Shown: positions 1-11,153, counted from the first letter of the stretch. The stretch: 64,000 nucleotides of DNA from Spirochaetia bacterium (GCA_965225855.1 CBDDCK010000005.1:864001-928000), one strand, 5' to 3'. Notes: a model not told the origin generated them from the sequence alone. Numbers and translations are program-made.

Positions 1-2
1 TT

Positions 3-389
3 CAAAAAGAGGATTCTAATAACGATTTTTGCTTAAATCCCGGGGATTTATTTCAAATGCGTAAAATTGCTGCTAAAATTCATTTAGGAGAATCTCTTGT
101 ACGCTATATTGTAAACATTGTCAATGCCACGCGTGAAACACACAGCCGTCTTGAATTTAGCCGATACCTTGATTTGGGGGCCTCGCCGCGTGCAAGTTTG
201 GCTTTGTGTCGTTACGCAGCCTTAAATGCACTATTTTCTGGGAGAGACTATGTATTACCTAACGATATTAAAATTATTTGTCCTGCTGTATTGCGCCACC
301 GCTTATTGCTTTCTTATGAAGCAGAAGCAGCCAACCAAAGTGCTGATAACGTGATCGAAAAAATTTTACAAACTGTTTCTGTACCATAA
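3..389 (+). CDS. moxR: MoxR family AAA+ ATPase, C-terminal part (5'-truncated by the window edge)
   Basis: GASPRASLAL...GRDYVLPNDIK...VLRHRL lid motif; frame open from position 3; precedes DUF58/bat genes. Confidence 0.9.
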   Translation, partial: QKEDSNNDFCLNPGDLFQMRKIAAKIHLGESLVRYIVNIVNATRETHSRLEFSRYLDLGASPRASLALCRYAALNALFSGRDYVLPNDIKIICPAVLRHRLLLSYEAEAANQSADNVIEKILQTVSVP

Positions 390-401
390 AATAAAATTTT
401 A

Positions 402-1334
402 TTGTCTATGTTGGAAACAAACGATATTCATCAATATATCCAAAACTTAAACCTTACGGTGAGCCGCCTCGTGGAAGAGCTGTTTGCTGGCAACTATCGC
501 GCAATATTTAAAGGTTTTGGCTTAGAATTTGCCGAAATTCGTGAATACATGGATGGCGATGATATGCGCATGATCGACTGGAATGTTTTTGCCCGTACTG
601 GACAATTGCATTCTAAGACCTTTCAAGAAGAGCGCGAATTGACGATGATGATTATTGCCGACTGTTCGGCTTCGATGTTGGAAGCCAATATGGAACATCA
701 TAAATTTGACTTGCAATTATTTTTGTTTGCGCTGTTTGCTGCTGCTGCGGCGATGCATAATGACCGAGTTGGCAGCATTTTTTACCATCAAGATGTAGCG
801 AATTTTTTCCCATCGCGCAAAGGCTGTAAATATGTGATGCAGCAGCTCACCAGTTTGACGACCCAATTGGGGCATGCACACAAGAATCGTGGCAGCAACT
901 TGGGTTTGGCTTTGAGTCTTGCAGCCCAGAAAATGCATAAACGCGGTATTTGCATTATTTTTTCTGATTTTTTGAGCCAAGGTTACGAAAAAGAATTGGC
1001 CATTCTCTCTCATCGCCATGATGTGATTGCCATTCGTTTGAGTACAGAATACCACAATCGCTTCCCCTCTGTTGGTTTGGTGCGTTTAAGTGATTATGAA
1101 TCGCAGGAAAATCGTTTTTTCTGGGGTCATTCATCGCAGTTGAAGCACCGTTATAAAGACTATTGGCAACGCCAAGAAGAGCAATGGCGCAAGATTTGCC
1201 ACCGCTATGGGGTCGATCATTACAGTATCCAAACTAACGAAAATATCATACAAAAAATTTACGAATATCTATGGATGCGCCGCAAAGTAACTCACAAACA
1301 CACCTACATACGGCCCGATATAGAGTTGGGCTAA
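402..1334 (+). CDS. DUF58 domain protein (MoxR partner)
   Basis: G-x-EFAEIREY-GDD-R-IDWNV-AR motif, DCSASM, IFSDF. Confidence 0.9.
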   Translation: MSMLETNDIHQYIQNLNLTVSRLVEELFAGNYRAIFKGFGLEFAEIREYMDGDDMRMIDWNVFARTGQLHSKTFQEERELTMMIIADCSASMLEANMEHHKFDLQLFLFALFAAAAAMHNDRVGSIFYHQDVANFFPSRKGCKYVMQQLTSLTTQLGHAHKNRGSNLGLALSLAAQKMHKRGICIIFSDFLSQGYEKELAILSHRHDVIAIRLSTEYHNRFPSVGLVRLSDYESQENRFFWGHSSQLKHRYKDYWQRQEEQWRKICHRYGVDHYSIQTNENIIQKIYEYLWMRRKVTHKHTYIRPDIELG

Positions 1335-1336
1335 AC

Positions 1337-2296
1337 GTGCTGCCTCGGTTTATTTGTTGGGCTTGGTTGGTATTGTGGTTTGGCCTATGTCCTATGGCTA
1401 TAATAGCTTATCAACTAAAGTCCCAAAAATTCACACCAGAAAAATATTATATTGGCCAGCGGGTTCGCACTACACTGGAAATAGAATTTTCACCCGATAT
1501 GGCACAATTATTGGATAGCCAGGCAGACGATGATGATACCGAATATAAGCTTCCCAATAGCTTAAATTACCGTATTTACCAAGCGAATATTTTGCCTACA
1601 AATCAACCAAATACGTATACGATTGAACTTGATTATGCTGTATTTACCACAGAACTCAATCAATTAGAACCTTTTAAAGTACAATCAATTACGATTGATG
1701 TCTTGACGATTCCGCGCGCGCTATCGAGTTTGGCCCATGACAATACAGAAGAACAACTCCCTCCATTGGAATCTATCCCGTTTTCGCTACCTTGGGTAGA
1801 TTTGAGTATTGCTGTGTTAATACAAGTAATCGTTTTACTGCCTATTTTGATTTTTCAAAGCTCGCGCCGACTGCGCAAATGTTTACAAACAATGTGCCAA
1901 AATTTCCAGCAAAAAAAGCCTTACCGTCAATTTCTGCGCCAACTCCAAATTTTGCAGCAAAATGAAAATCTCAATGCTCAAGAATATTACCGTATTCTAA
2001 GTTCGCAAGTGCGCCATTATTTAAGTCAGCGTACGCCATATCCTTGTTCTGCCTACACAACACAAGAGCTGGCTCAACTTAATGTAGTGCCTCGGCTACA
2101 ACCGCAAGAGCTATGGCAACAAGTCTTGGCCTTATTGCAAGTCGGTGATGATTTGCGTTTTCGTGCTGTGCCCCAGATGGTGGCAGAGAACATAGATAAC
2201 CGTCAAAAGCGCAAGGAAGTAAGCACCATTTTACATTTTGCCAAACTGGTTGAAAAGCAATTTCGGCAGCAAGAACAGGAGCGGCGCCGTGCTTAA
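1337..2296 (+). CDS. Membrane protein of the bat operon (signal peptide plus one TM helix)
   Basis: Lies between DUF58 and batA; C-terminal 'R-YL...TT-EL' motif; GTG at 1337 chosen as start to avoid overlap. Confidence 0.65.
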   Translation: MLPRFICWAWLVLWFGLCPMAIIAYQLKSQKFTPEKYYIGQRVRTTLEIEFSPDMAQLLDSQADDDDTEYKLPNSLNYRIYQANILPTNQPNTYTIELDYAVFTTELNQLEPFKVQSITIDVLTIPRALSSLAHDNTEEQLPPLESIPFSLPWVDLSIAVLIQVIVLLPILIFQSSRRLRKCLQTMCQNFQQKKPYRQFLRQLQILQQNENLNAQEYYRILSSQVRHYLSQRTPYPCSAYTTQELAQLNVVPRLQPQELWQQVLALLQVGDDLRFRAVPQMVAENIDNRQKRKEVSTILHFAKLVEKQFRQQEQERRRA

Positions 2297-3293
2297 TTTT
2301 GCAGAACCTGCATGGTTACTGCTATTGTTGCCAGTACCCGCCAGCCTATTTTTTTACTTTGCAACCTTACGCAACAAAGGGGGGATGCCGTTTTCCTACC
2401 GAATTTGGGGAGCTTGGGGCTTTTATCCTCGCCAGTCGTTTGTGGCTTTGCTGATTTTTAATAGTCGCTGCGGCTATATTTTGAGCTTCGTATTATTGGT
2501 AATAGCACTCTCACGCCCCAGTATTTCTTATCAGGAAAATATTTATATCAATACGGGTGCTGCGTTGTTGTTTTTGCTAGACCTTTCCCCTAGTATGGCC
2601 TCTGTTGATATTCCGCCTTATACTCGGGTAGAACGTGCAAAATATGCTGTGCGTGATTTTATTGCCAATCGGGTCAATGATAATATTGGCTTTGTCGGCT
2701 TTGGTAGTGAAGCTGCGCTGTTGTGGCCCACTTCACTCAATTATAAAGGTGCAATCCGCCGTCTCGAAGATATTGATGCGCTTAGTTTGGGTCAAGGGAC
2801 AGCAATTGGTTTGGGCTTGGCGGTGTCTGTTAGCCACTTGAGTAAGCTCCCCAACAAACATAAAATTTTGATCATGTTCACCGATGGCAGCAACAACACA
2901 GGCGAAATTTTGCCCGAAGGGGCTGCCGAAATTATACGCAATAAAGGGATTGAATTTTATATCATTGGCTTGGGGCAGATTGGCACCCGTTCGGCATTAA
3001 TTATAGACCCAGATACAGGGCAACAATTCCGCGGTAACCTAAGCGAAAGCTATAATCCAGAACGGCTACGCAAAATTGCAATGATTGCGGGTGGGACTTT
3101 TTATAACGGTATGAATAATAAAATTCTGCAACAAAATATGGCAGCGATCCATAAAGCAGAAGAAAATAAAAATAATATGGCTATTCGATTTAAACAGCAA
3201 AATTTAGAACAATATTTTATTACCGCAGCATTGCTACTACTTTTATTTGGTTTTACCATTCGCTGCATCATTTTGCAAGAACAACATATATGA
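2289..3293 (+). CDS. batA: vWA domain protein BatA
   Basis: N-terminal F-x-P-WLLLL; MIDAS DLSPSM; GTAIGLGLA; FTDGSNNTG. Confidence 0.85.
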   Translation: MLNFAEPAWLLLLLPVPASLFFYFATLRNKGGMPFSYRIWGAWGFYPRQSFVALLIFNSRCGYILSFVLLVIALSRPSISYQENIYINTGAALLFLLDLSPSMASVDIPPYTRVERAKYAVRDFIANRVNDNIGFVGFGSEAALLWPTSLNYKGAIRRLEDIDALSLGQGTAIGLGLAVSVSHLSKLPNKHKILIMFTDGSNNTGEILPEGAAEIIRNKGIEFYIIGLGQIGTRSALIIDPDTGQQFRGNLSESYNPERLRKIAMIAGGTFYNGMNNKILQQNMAAIHKAEENKNNMAIRFKQQNLEQYFITAALLLLLFGFTIRCIILQEQHI

Positions 3294-4450
3294 GCTTTTT
3301 ATATCCGAATTACTTATGGTATTGTTTATTCTTACTACCATACCTTATATTGTTGCCGCGCTATTATCGCAAACAATTGGAAGTTTTACAGTTATTTGGC
3401 CAACGCAACCTAAGTAGCAAAATGTATCAAATTTATCATCGTTATTTTTTTTTATTATCATTTTTTTTTGCTTTACTTATACTTTCTGTTATTTTAGCTT
3501 TGGCCAAACCATTATGGGGTTATAACAACCAAGTGGAACCCCAAGTAAAAAACTTACAAATTGTGTTTGTGTTGGATATTTCCCGTAGTATGCTGGCCCG
3601 TGATATTGTGCCTAGCCGCTTAAAACGCAGCGTAAAATTCCTTAGCGAATTATATGAGATATTTCAAAATGATGAGTTAGGGCTTGTGGTATTTAAGGGA
3701 CGACCCCAAATATTGGTACCACTATCGCACGATAAACTGGTGTTTCCCTCTCTTTTTCCTCAACTGGATAGCGATATTTTGCAAACGCCTGGTTCCAATG
3801 TTGCCAATGCTGTAGTAGAAGCGACTCGTTTATTTGATAACAAAAGTAATTCCAGCCAAATCATTATTTTACTTAGTGATGGTGAAGCTCTTAGTGGCGA
3901 ACTTAGCTATGCTTTAGAATGTCTTGACGAATGGAATGGAACTTTGATGAGTATTGGGGTCGGCACCAAAGAAGGTGCTGAATTATTTGATTTAGATGGC
4001 AACTTGATAACAAATTACTATGGTTTGCCCATACACAGTGAATTGCAAGATAAAATACTAAAAAATTTAAGTCGCCGTACTTTTGGGAAATACTACCATA
4101 TTCAAGAGCTTAGCTTGGCACAGAAATTACAAAATGAACTGGCACCACTTACCCGCGCAGACCATATTTTACAGTACAATTTGCGCGATCGTTACCAACT
4201 TTTTATCAGCTTGGCCTTGTTTTGTTTTTTAGCGATTGCCGTGTTAAAGCGTTTGGGCTTTACAGGCTTTTATCAATGTATGCAAGCACAAAGCCAAACT
4301 TTACAAGAACAGCAATCTTTAGAGAAACCTTTCAAGCAGCCTTTAGGGCAGTCCTCTTTGAGTCAATTTTCAGCTAGTCGTATACAGACCAACAGGCAAA
4401 CAAAAACTCAAACTCAAACTGCAAGAACTACTGCAAAAATCAACGGTTAA
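3290..4450 (+). CDS. batB: vWA domain protein BatB
   Basis: DISRSMLARDIVPSRL, LSDGE, GVGTKEG; ATGA overlap with batA. Confidence 0.85.
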   Translation: MSFLYPNYLWYCLFLLPYLILLPRYYRKQLEVLQLFGQRNLSSKMYQIYHRYFFLLSFFFALLILSVILALAKPLWGYNNQVEPQVKNLQIVFVLDISRSMLARDIVPSRLKRSVKFLSELYEIFQNDELGLVVFKGRPQILVPLSHDKLVFPSLFPQLDSDILQTPGSNVANAVVEATRLFDNKSNSSQIIILLSDGEALSGELSYALECLDEWNGTLMSIGVGTKEGAELFDLDGNLITNYYGLPIHSELQDKILKNLSRRTFGKYYHIQELSLAQKLQNELAPLTRADHILQYNLRDRYQLFISLALFCFLAIAVLKRLGFTGFYQCMQAQSQTLQEQQSLEKPFKQPLGQSSLSQFSASRIQTNRQTKTQTQTARTTAKING

Positions 4451-4454
4451 GCCC

Positions 4455-5114
4455 ATGTCTGCCTGTAATTTGCTCTATTGTATTTTCTTTTTATTCTTTA
4501 TGCTATTTTTTTCTTGCAATAGCTATCTGGCCGATGGCATGAGGGTGGCTTGGGGTAAACAGCTTTTCCAGCAAGGCAATTACCAAGAAGCATTGCTCTA
4601 TTTCCTCGATGCAGAACAAAATCGCTTGCGTAGCTTCCAATTACAGCCTGGTAATTCTGCAGAATTTTTGGCCTTGCGACGCATTCAATACAATGTTGGT
4701 TTGATTTACAGTGCCTTGGGCCAAAGCCTGCCAGCCATAAATTACTGGCAGGCAATTTTAGATAAAGGTGGCATCATTGATGATCAACCATTACAATTTG
4801 CGCTTCTCTATAATATTGGTCTGCTTTACAGCCAAACAAGCCAAAATGCCAAAGCAAGGCTCAACCTAGTTCAGGCCTTAACGCTTCAGCCCGACCACGA
4901 AGGGGCTCGAAAAGCTTTGGAGCTATGCCTCGAACAATTAAAACAAAGCCAACTGAGTGAAAAACTAGCAACAAAGGAAAATAAACTTCAAGAAGTTCTG
5001 CCATCTGAATCCAGTATTAGTGATGAACAAATTCTCAACTATATTTCGCGTCAAGCAAACTATCGCTTTAAGCGAGATACCAAAATACAACAAGCACTGC
5101 GTAATGATTGGTAA
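4455..5114 (+). CDS. TPR protein, BatC-like
   Basis: TPR helices (YNVG/YNIG...AL-L-P); C-terminal 'DW'; operon position. Confidence 0.7.
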   Translation: MSACNLLYCIFFLFFMLFFSCNSYLADGMRVAWGKQLFQQGNYQEALLYFLDAEQNRLRSFQLQPGNSAEFLALRRIQYNVGLIYSALGQSLPAINYWQAILDKGGIIDDQPLQFALLYNIGLLYSQTSQNAKARLNLVQALTLQPDHEGARKALELCLEQLKQSQLSEKLATKENKLQEVLPSESSISDEQILNYISRQANYRFKRDTKIQQALRNDW

Positions 5115-5120
5115 ATTTTA

Positions 5121-7454
5121 TTGGTTATGAAACTTTTTACATCGTTTATTGGGGTTACTATTTGGGCCTTTGCTATTGGCCTACCTTGGTTATTGATTGC
5201 CCAAGATAATCAAGATTCCCAAAATGACCCAAATGCCCAAGAAGTGCCAGAGCAAACAGAAATTGAAATACTCAGCGATAAAGTCTACCTCTACAGCCAT
5301 TTCAATGTGCTATTTAAAACGCCTTTTCGCCTGGAAGAAACAGTACGCATCAGCCCAATAGATGAAGAGCAAACTGCCGTACTACGCACAGAAAGGCTTG
5401 ATTATTCGCGCTATACCAATGAAAAAGGTCAAGAGCGAAGGGCTTTCATTTTAGGCTTTTATACGGTTCGGCCTGGCTTGCATCAATTGCCACGTTTGCG
5501 TTTCCAAAATCGGGGGAATCGCCAAAGTTGGAACAGCCCGAGTATAGCGTTTGCTAGTTTTCAAATAGATGAAGGCTTTTTACCACTACCCGTAAATGTC
5601 GAGTTGAATCAGTTGCCCAAAAAAGTTTACTTAGGGCAAAACATTGTTTTAAATATTTGGGCAAAGCAAGTAGATGCAATCGATCAAAATTTTCTGCTGC
5701 AAACACCCGAATTTAATAATTTTTTAGTGCAAAAAAGCCCCATAAAAGCCAATGTAAAGCGCAAAGAAATTTTAGGCCAAAACGTATACCAAGTGCCTTT
5801 GGGGACTTGGTTGCTAAACCCAATACAAGAAGGTCTGCTCAATATTCCAGCGATTCCAGCCAGTGTAATGGGCTTAAAACGAGAGACTTTGGCCCAGCAG
5901 CTGGAAGTTTTGCCTTTACCGCCAAACCCTTACCAAAATAATAGTGAGCTGGTAGAACAGTCTGCCATTGCGATTGGCCAGTTTCGCCTATCATCTCACC
6001 TTTATGCGCCTGAAACACAGCTAGAAAACCAAATAAGACAAAAAGACGCAAAATTCAAACAAGATGAGAGCAAGCAAAAATTGGCAGAAGTTGCTCCTGA
6101 ATTTGCCAAAGATGAATTGATCCGCATTACTCTGCGCATTACCGGAAACGGGAATATCCATCTTTCTTCCTTTCCCGCAGTAAGAAGCCCCAGCAATTTA
6201 ATATTATTGCAAAGTAGTGAAACCGAGCAGCTAGAGTTAAATTTTTCCAAAGCAGAACTTTCGGGTTGGCGCGAACAAGAATTATCTTACAAAGCAAAAA
6301 ATTCGGGAAAATATAATATCAGCGTTGACGATTTTTATTTTTTTGATCCTGAACTAGGCAACTGGCAACGCATAAAAACAGAGAAATTAAGTTTGCAAGT
6401 AGTGAATCTGGCCACCCAATCTTATTATACCAATCTTGAAGACCTAAACTTTCCAGATACAACGGTATTTTTTTTCAATCTAATGTTTTGGATACAAAAA
6501 TATGCATTTTATATTTGCTTGTTTATCTTTTTCTTAATCAATATTTATTTTTTGTTATATTTCTCTCGTCAATTTGCCAATACTTCTTCTGCAAAAAATT
6601 ATCATATTCATTCTTCGCCAGCACCCAAAAAACAAGAGCCAAAGCACAAACTACCTATTTATATCTCATTTGTTATTTTGCTTACCGTCTTCGTATCTTT
6701 GTTACATTATATTTCTGTAAACCAAAAACGCTCTATTCAAGAAGAAACAAAACAATACTATCTTAAATTATTGCAAAAAAATATAATCGTTTCAAAAAAT
6801 GTTCATTTTCCTAAATTAACACAACAGTTGCAAAAATTATGGGATATGCCAGGAAATTTGCCAAACATTTCTTTATTTTTCTACCAAAATGGCATGCGAT
6901 TGCAGGCATTGGAAGTAGCCTATTTAAGTTATTTCCTGTTACCGTTGCACCCATTATCACGCCGCTTAGTCTCATCACTGCGCATCGAGCAAGGGTTAAG
7001 CCCCAATTTACCTGATTTTTTTGTTTGGCCTCTGCAGCTCAATCATATTTGGAAAATTTTGGTTATTAGCTTATTTCTCATAATTTTCATTGGTTATCGC
7101 AAAAAGCAAAAAAATTTTGAATATCAAAATAACGAATTTGCACAAGATAAATTATTGCATCGTCATCGCAATTATTCTACCATTTTGCTGCTATTGTTAT
7201 TGAGCCTTATTATCCCTTGGCGTTTTTCGCTGGCAGTCAATACCCGTGAAGATTTAGAATTGGCTACTATTCCCACAGGTAATAATACTGAAACAGCAGA
7301 TAAGCGCGATAGTTGGAATAACCGCTTAAATACAGGAGAGTTGATAAAAATTAAAGGGCGTGCGAATGATTCATCTTATATTCTGGTACTCAGTGAAAAA
7401 CAAGACCAAGGCTGGATTGATGAAAGGAGATTGTTTTTATTACCAAAATATTAA
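5121..7454 (+). CDS. BatD-like protein, probably fused to a BatE-like TM/SH3 region
   Basis: AIGQF...ITGNGNI BatD motif; TM segments; C-terminal GE-I-I...QGWI SH3-like motif. Confidence 0.7.
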   Translation: MVMKLFTSFIGVTIWAFAIGLPWLLIAQDNQDSQNDPNAQEVPEQTEIEILSDKVYLYSHFNVLFKTPFRLEETVRISPIDEEQTAVLRTERLDYSRYTNEKGQERRAFILGFYTVRPGLHQLPRLRFQNRGNRQSWNSPSIAFASFQIDEGFLPLPVNVELNQLPKKVYLGQNIVLNIWAKQVDAIDQNFLLQTPEFNNFLVQKSPIKANVKRKEILGQNVYQVPLGTWLLNPIQEGLLNIPAIPASVMGLKRETLAQQLEVLPLPPNPYQNNSELVEQSAIAIGQFRLSSHLYAPETQLENQIRQKDAKFKQDESKQKLAEVAPEFAKDELIRITLRITGNGNIHLSSFPAVRSPSNLILLQSSETEQLELNFSKAELSGWREQELSYKAKNSGKYNISVDDFYFFDPELGNWQRIKTEKLSLQVVNLATQSYYTNLEDLNFPDTTVFFFNLMFWIQKYAFYICLFIFFLINIYFLLYFSRQFANTSSAKNYHIHSSPAPKKQEPKHKLPIYISFVILLTVFVSLLHYISVNQKRSIQEETKQYYLKLLQKNIIVSKNVHFPKLTQQLQKLWDMPGNLPNISLFFYQNGMRLQALEVAYLSYFLLPLHPLSRRLVSSLRIEQGLSPNLPDFFVWPLQLNHIWKILVISLFLIIFIGYRKKQKNFEYQNNEFAQDKLLHRHRNYSTILLLLLLSLIIPWRFSLAVNTREDLELATIPTGNNTETADKRDSWNNRLNTGELIKIKGRANDSSYILVLSEKQDQGWIDERRLFLLPKY

Positions 7455-7590
7455 AGTGATCAAACAATATTACAGGGCCCAATATTAATTACGAGGCCCA
7501 TGCCCATATTTACGCATCTTGTTTATGTATCTTGACTACCAATGTGAAAATATTTATATTTGGCATAGTAAAAAAACTTAAGGAGGATTA

Positions 7591-8289
7591 ATGAATAATT
7601 CATTTACCCAGCCATTGAGCCAAGATAAGGCAAAAACACAAGAACAAAATTTCTTGCGCAATGTCTATACTTGGATGTGTATGGCTCTAATTATTACCGG
7701 GCTAACGGCATACCTTACGGCCAATTCTGCATTGTACTACTACTTACAAGGTGGTAGCTACATTGCGATTGCTATTGGGGTTTTAGCTCTTACCTGGTTT
7801 TTACCCAATATGGTAATGAAGCTTAGTACCAATACGGCAACGTTACTGTATGCTCTATATGCTGTCTTGCAAGGTATATTGCTTGCCTGGATTTTCAAAG
7901 CATTTACTCAATCAACGGTCTATAGTGCATTTTTTATTGCAGCTGGTACTTTTGCTACCATGGCTTTTTATGGCACAACGACCAAAAAAGATTTGAGTAG
8001 TATGGGTTCTTATTTATTGATGGGTTTGATTGGTATTGTGATAGCTTCACTGGTCAACATGTTTTTGCGCTCTAGTGGCATGGCAATGCTGATCAATTAT
8101 GCAGCTGTTTTGGTTTATACATTGCTAGCTGCGTTTGAGACCCAGCAGCTTAAACAAATGGCTCGCGAGATGAACAATGCAGATAGTGTGAGCTTTCTGC
8201 GCGTGAGCATTGTTGCAGCGTTATCGCTCTATATTACATTTATTGGTTTATTTTTGCGCATCTTGCTAATCTTGGGCCGCCGAGACTAA
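7591..8289 (+). CDS. Bax inhibitor-1/YccA family membrane protein
   Basis: FL-NVY-WM, YGTTTKKDLSSMG, ALSLY motifs; AGGAGG RBS. Confidence 0.9.
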   Translation: MNNSFTQPLSQDKAKTQEQNFLRNVYTWMCMALIITGLTAYLTANSALYYYLQGGSYIAIAIGVLALTWFLPNMVMKLSTNTATLLYALYAVLQGILLAWIFKAFTQSTVYSAFFIAAGTFATMAFYGTTTKKDLSSMGSYLLMGLIGIVIASLVNMFLRSSGMAMLINYAAVLVYTLLAAFETQQLKQMAREMNNADSVSFLRVSIVAALSLYITFIGLFLRILLILGRRD

Positions 8290-8315
8290 ATTCTTAAAGA
8301 TTCAAAAAACTTTCC

Positions 8316-8364
8316 AATAAAGAGCCAGGAAGCACGGAAAATTCCAGTTTTCTGGCTCTTTATT
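8316..8364. terminator. Long hairpin after the YccA-family gene (terminator or RNA-stabilising element)
   Basis: AATAAAGAGCCAG ... CTGGCTCTTTATT, 13-bp perfect arms. Confidence 0.5.
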
Positions 8365-8391
8365 AGGCTATGCCGAACTTAGGAGGACTAT

Positions 8392-9669
8392 ATGGACTGG
8401 AAATTTGCAGCTTCTTTAAGCGATTTTTTGTTTGCCAACCCAACCCCGTTTCATGCTGTAGAGCAATTACAAGCAACTCTATTAAAATCAGGTTTTTGTC
8501 CATTAGACGAGCGGGATTCTTGGGCCGAATTGCACGCTGCCAAGCCCGGTCAAGGTTTCTTTTGCCTGCGTGGTGGCAGCTTATTAGCTTGGATTCGCGG
8601 TTCAAAAATGCCGTGGGAAAGTGGCTTGCGTTTGGCAGGCACCCATACCGACAGTCCGTGTTTAAAACTAAAATTAGAAAGTGCCCATTTTGATCAAGGG
8701 GTTTTAGTTTGCCATGTTTCTGTGTATGGCAGCCCGATATTTTCTACCTATATTGACCGTAGTCTTTCTGTTGCCGGTATTACTGTTAGCTCACAGGGGG
8801 TTCTGTGTTATATCCACAGTGATAAACCCGTAGCCTTGTTGCCCAATCTTGCCATTCACTTGAACAGGGAGGCCAATACCAAACTTAGTTATAATCCTCA
8901 AACTCAACTCAAAGCGATATTCGGCCGGCAAACAGAACCCAATTGTAGTGCCGTTTCATTGCTGCGCCAGAAATTAGGTCTGGGAGACGATGAAATTTGT
9001 GAACTACAGCTGTGTAGTAGCCAAAAACCGCAATTGCTTGGGTTTGATAGCGAACTGCTAAACGGCGCACGACTTGATAATTTGTCCATGGTTTACTTAC
9101 TGCTGTGTGAATTAGAACAATCTGTTATTGGTTCTAAATGGCCGGTAGCAATTTTTTGCAATGGCGAAGAAGTGGGCAGCCGAACCTACGAAGGTGCTGA
9201 TTCTAATTTTGTCTCCAGTGTATTGCAGCGTATAGTAAACAATACCGCCAGCAGCGCAAATAGTGAACTGCAAGCTCGTACCATGGCCCGTTCATTTTTC
9301 TTGTCTTTAGATGGGGCGCATGCTAGCCATCCTAGCTATCCAGAAGCTTTGGATTTTAATTACAGTGTAAAAATGGGCGGCGGGCCGGCTTTAAAATTGC
9401 CAAACGGCGCCAGCTATAGTAGCGAGCCTTTTAGTATTGCTGAAATTCAATCTATTGCGAAACGGGCTGGTTGCTATTTACAAAATGCAGTACCGCGTTC
9501 GGACAAACCAACGGGGAGTACCATAGGCCCAATTTTATCCAGCCAGTTAGGTGTTCGTGGGGTTGACATCGGCCTACCCATGTATGCTATGCACAGTATT
9601 CAAGAAACTATTTCGCTACATGATTATTTTGCTCTGCAAAAATTGATGCATGAATATTATTACGCATAG
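8392..9669 (+). CDS. M18 family aminopeptidase
   Basis: PTPFHAV, HTDSP, RLDNL, EEVGS, D-AHA-HP-Y, GSTIGP, AMHS. Confidence 0.92.
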   Translation: MDWKFAASLSDFLFANPTPFHAVEQLQATLLKSGFCPLDERDSWAELHAAKPGQGFFCLRGGSLLAWIRGSKMPWESGLRLAGTHTDSPCLKLKLESAHFDQGVLVCHVSVYGSPIFSTYIDRSLSVAGITVSSQGVLCYIHSDKPVALLPNLAIHLNREANTKLSYNPQTQLKAIFGRQTEPNCSAVSLLRQKLGLGDDEICELQLCSSQKPQLLGFDSELLNGARLDNLSMVYLLLCELEQSVIGSKWPVAIFCNGEEVGSRTYEGADSNFVSSVLQRIVNNTASSANSELQARTMARSFFLSLDGAHASHPSYPEALDFNYSVKMGGGPALKLPNGASYSSEPFSIAEIQSIAKRAGCYLQNAVPRSDKPTGSTIGPILSSQLGVRGVDIGLPMYAMHSIQETISLHDYFALQKLMHEYYYA

Positions 9670-9680
9670 TTTTTGGTTGT

Positions 9681-10502
9681 ATGTTTTTGCCCGAGTGTTA
9701 TGAACAACTGATGATGGAAGTTAATTCTATTGCAGAAGAACAAGTACCTATGCGCCCTCAATTGCAAAGCCCAGAAATTCGCATTTTATTAGTGAGTAAA
9801 TACCAGAGCCGTGCAGCAATTTACAGTGCTCTAGATTATTTTGTGCAGCAGCTTAACAAGGAACCCCAAAAAAATTTGGCAAACTTTTTACCGAATTTGG
9901 GCGAAAACTATGTACAAAATGCCCAGCAGCGTGCAGCTCAATTAAAACAATATTATCCGACCCAATATGATAAGAGCCCATTCCAGCTAAAGTTTTGCCC
10001 AAAATTGGAAATGATTGGCCCACTGCAAACGAATAAAGCTGCCAAAGCGCTCAGGCTATTTTCGGTTTTGCATAGTATCTCCAGCATAAAGCAATTGCAA
10101 TCGCTAGCAAAAGCTTGGAAGAATAGAGAAACAGAAAATTCAAATTCACATTTGGATATTTTCTTTCAATACAATGCCAGTGGCGAACCCCAAAAAAATG
10201 GTTGCCACAATTACGATGAATTGAGAATTTTGGCTGATAAGCTCTTAGGACAAAACAAGCTCCGTTTACGTGGTTTGATGTGCATGGGATATGCAGACAC
10301 AGCTGCAAGCAATAACCGTAAAGTTTTTGCAGTTTGCCGCAGACTGGCAGAGCAACTTTGGTCTGACTACCCTGCGCACCAGACGGGTGGCAAATTGATT
10401 CCCAATTTTGAATTATCGATGGGTATGAGCCGAGATTACCGTGAAGCTTTACAAGAAGGGGCGAATATCTTGCGTATTGGTTCCCTACTATTTTCCGATT
10501 GA
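9681..10502 (+). CDS. yggS: PLP homeostasis protein, YggS family
   Basis: VSK, GENYVQ, IGPLQTNK, GLMCM, LSMGMS-DY, RIGS. Confidence 0.9.
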   Translation: MFLPECYEQLMMEVNSIAEEQVPMRPQLQSPEIRILLVSKYQSRAAIYSALDYFVQQLNKEPQKNLANFLPNLGENYVQNAQQRAAQLKQYYPTQYDKSPFQLKFCPKLEMIGPLQTNKAAKALRLFSVLHSISSIKQLQSLAKAWKNRETENSNSHLDIFFQYNASGEPQKNGCHNYDELRILADKLLGQNKLRLRGLMCMGYADTAASNNRKVFAVCRRLAEQLWSDYPAHQTGGKLIPNFELSMGMSRDYREALQEGANILRIGSLLFSD

Positions 10503-10505
10503 TTT

Positions 10506-11153
10506 ATGATATTGTCTGCTATGCTTTTCATGCCATTATCCAGAAAGCTTGTGCGCCTATCATCTTGGTCAGCATCTTGGTTGTTATGCCTGTGCTTGGT
10601 AGGGGTTGCAAATTTTGGCGATTTGCTAATTGCAGGATTACAAACACGGAGACCAGATTGGGCTAAAATTTGGTTTTTTAGCCCAACACAGCTTGCAGCA
10701 CAAAACCAAAATGTCAAGCCTGTGCCCTATGAAGACGATGAATTTCCGTTGTTTCTCCAAAATGTCCGCCGTTTTGAAGTGATCTTGATCGGCTCTATTC
10801 CCCTAACCATATTATTTGCTTCATTAGCCTATGACATTGTCTATAGCATTAGCAATCCGGATATTCACGAACTGACAACCCCAAGTGAAAACGAACATTT
10901 ATTTGGAAAAATTGGGATTAGCATTAGTATTAGTGGTTTACTGGCTGTGTTGGATATGGCGATACATTTGAGTCACCGCAATAAAGCGAGGAGAGAACGT
11001 GAGAGAGTATTGCGTAACAGTGAATTTATCAAAAAAACAGATTATCCAGAGCAAAGAACAAGCTTTGAAACAAACTCTGGCAAAACAAAGGCAGAAAGTC
11101 CCGGAGGGTCTAAGCAGTCCAAGCCAAGCTCGCCGGCCATTACCAAACCATAA
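10506..11153 (+). CDS. Conserved spirochete-type membrane protein
   Basis: PVPY--DEFP-FL--VRRFE-I-IGSIP motif, two TM helices, directly upstream of rluD (family recalled, not searched). Confidence 0.6.
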   Translation: MILSAMLFMPLSRKLVRLSSWSASWLLCLCLVGVANFGDLLIAGLQTRRPDWAKIWFFSPTQLAAQNQNVKPVPYEDDEFPLFLQNVRRFEVILIGSIPLTILFASLAYDIVYSISNPDIHELTTPSENEHLFGKIGISISISGLLAVLDMAIHLSHRNKARRERERVLRNSEFIKKTDYPEQRTSFETNSGKTKAESPGGSKQSKPSSPAITKP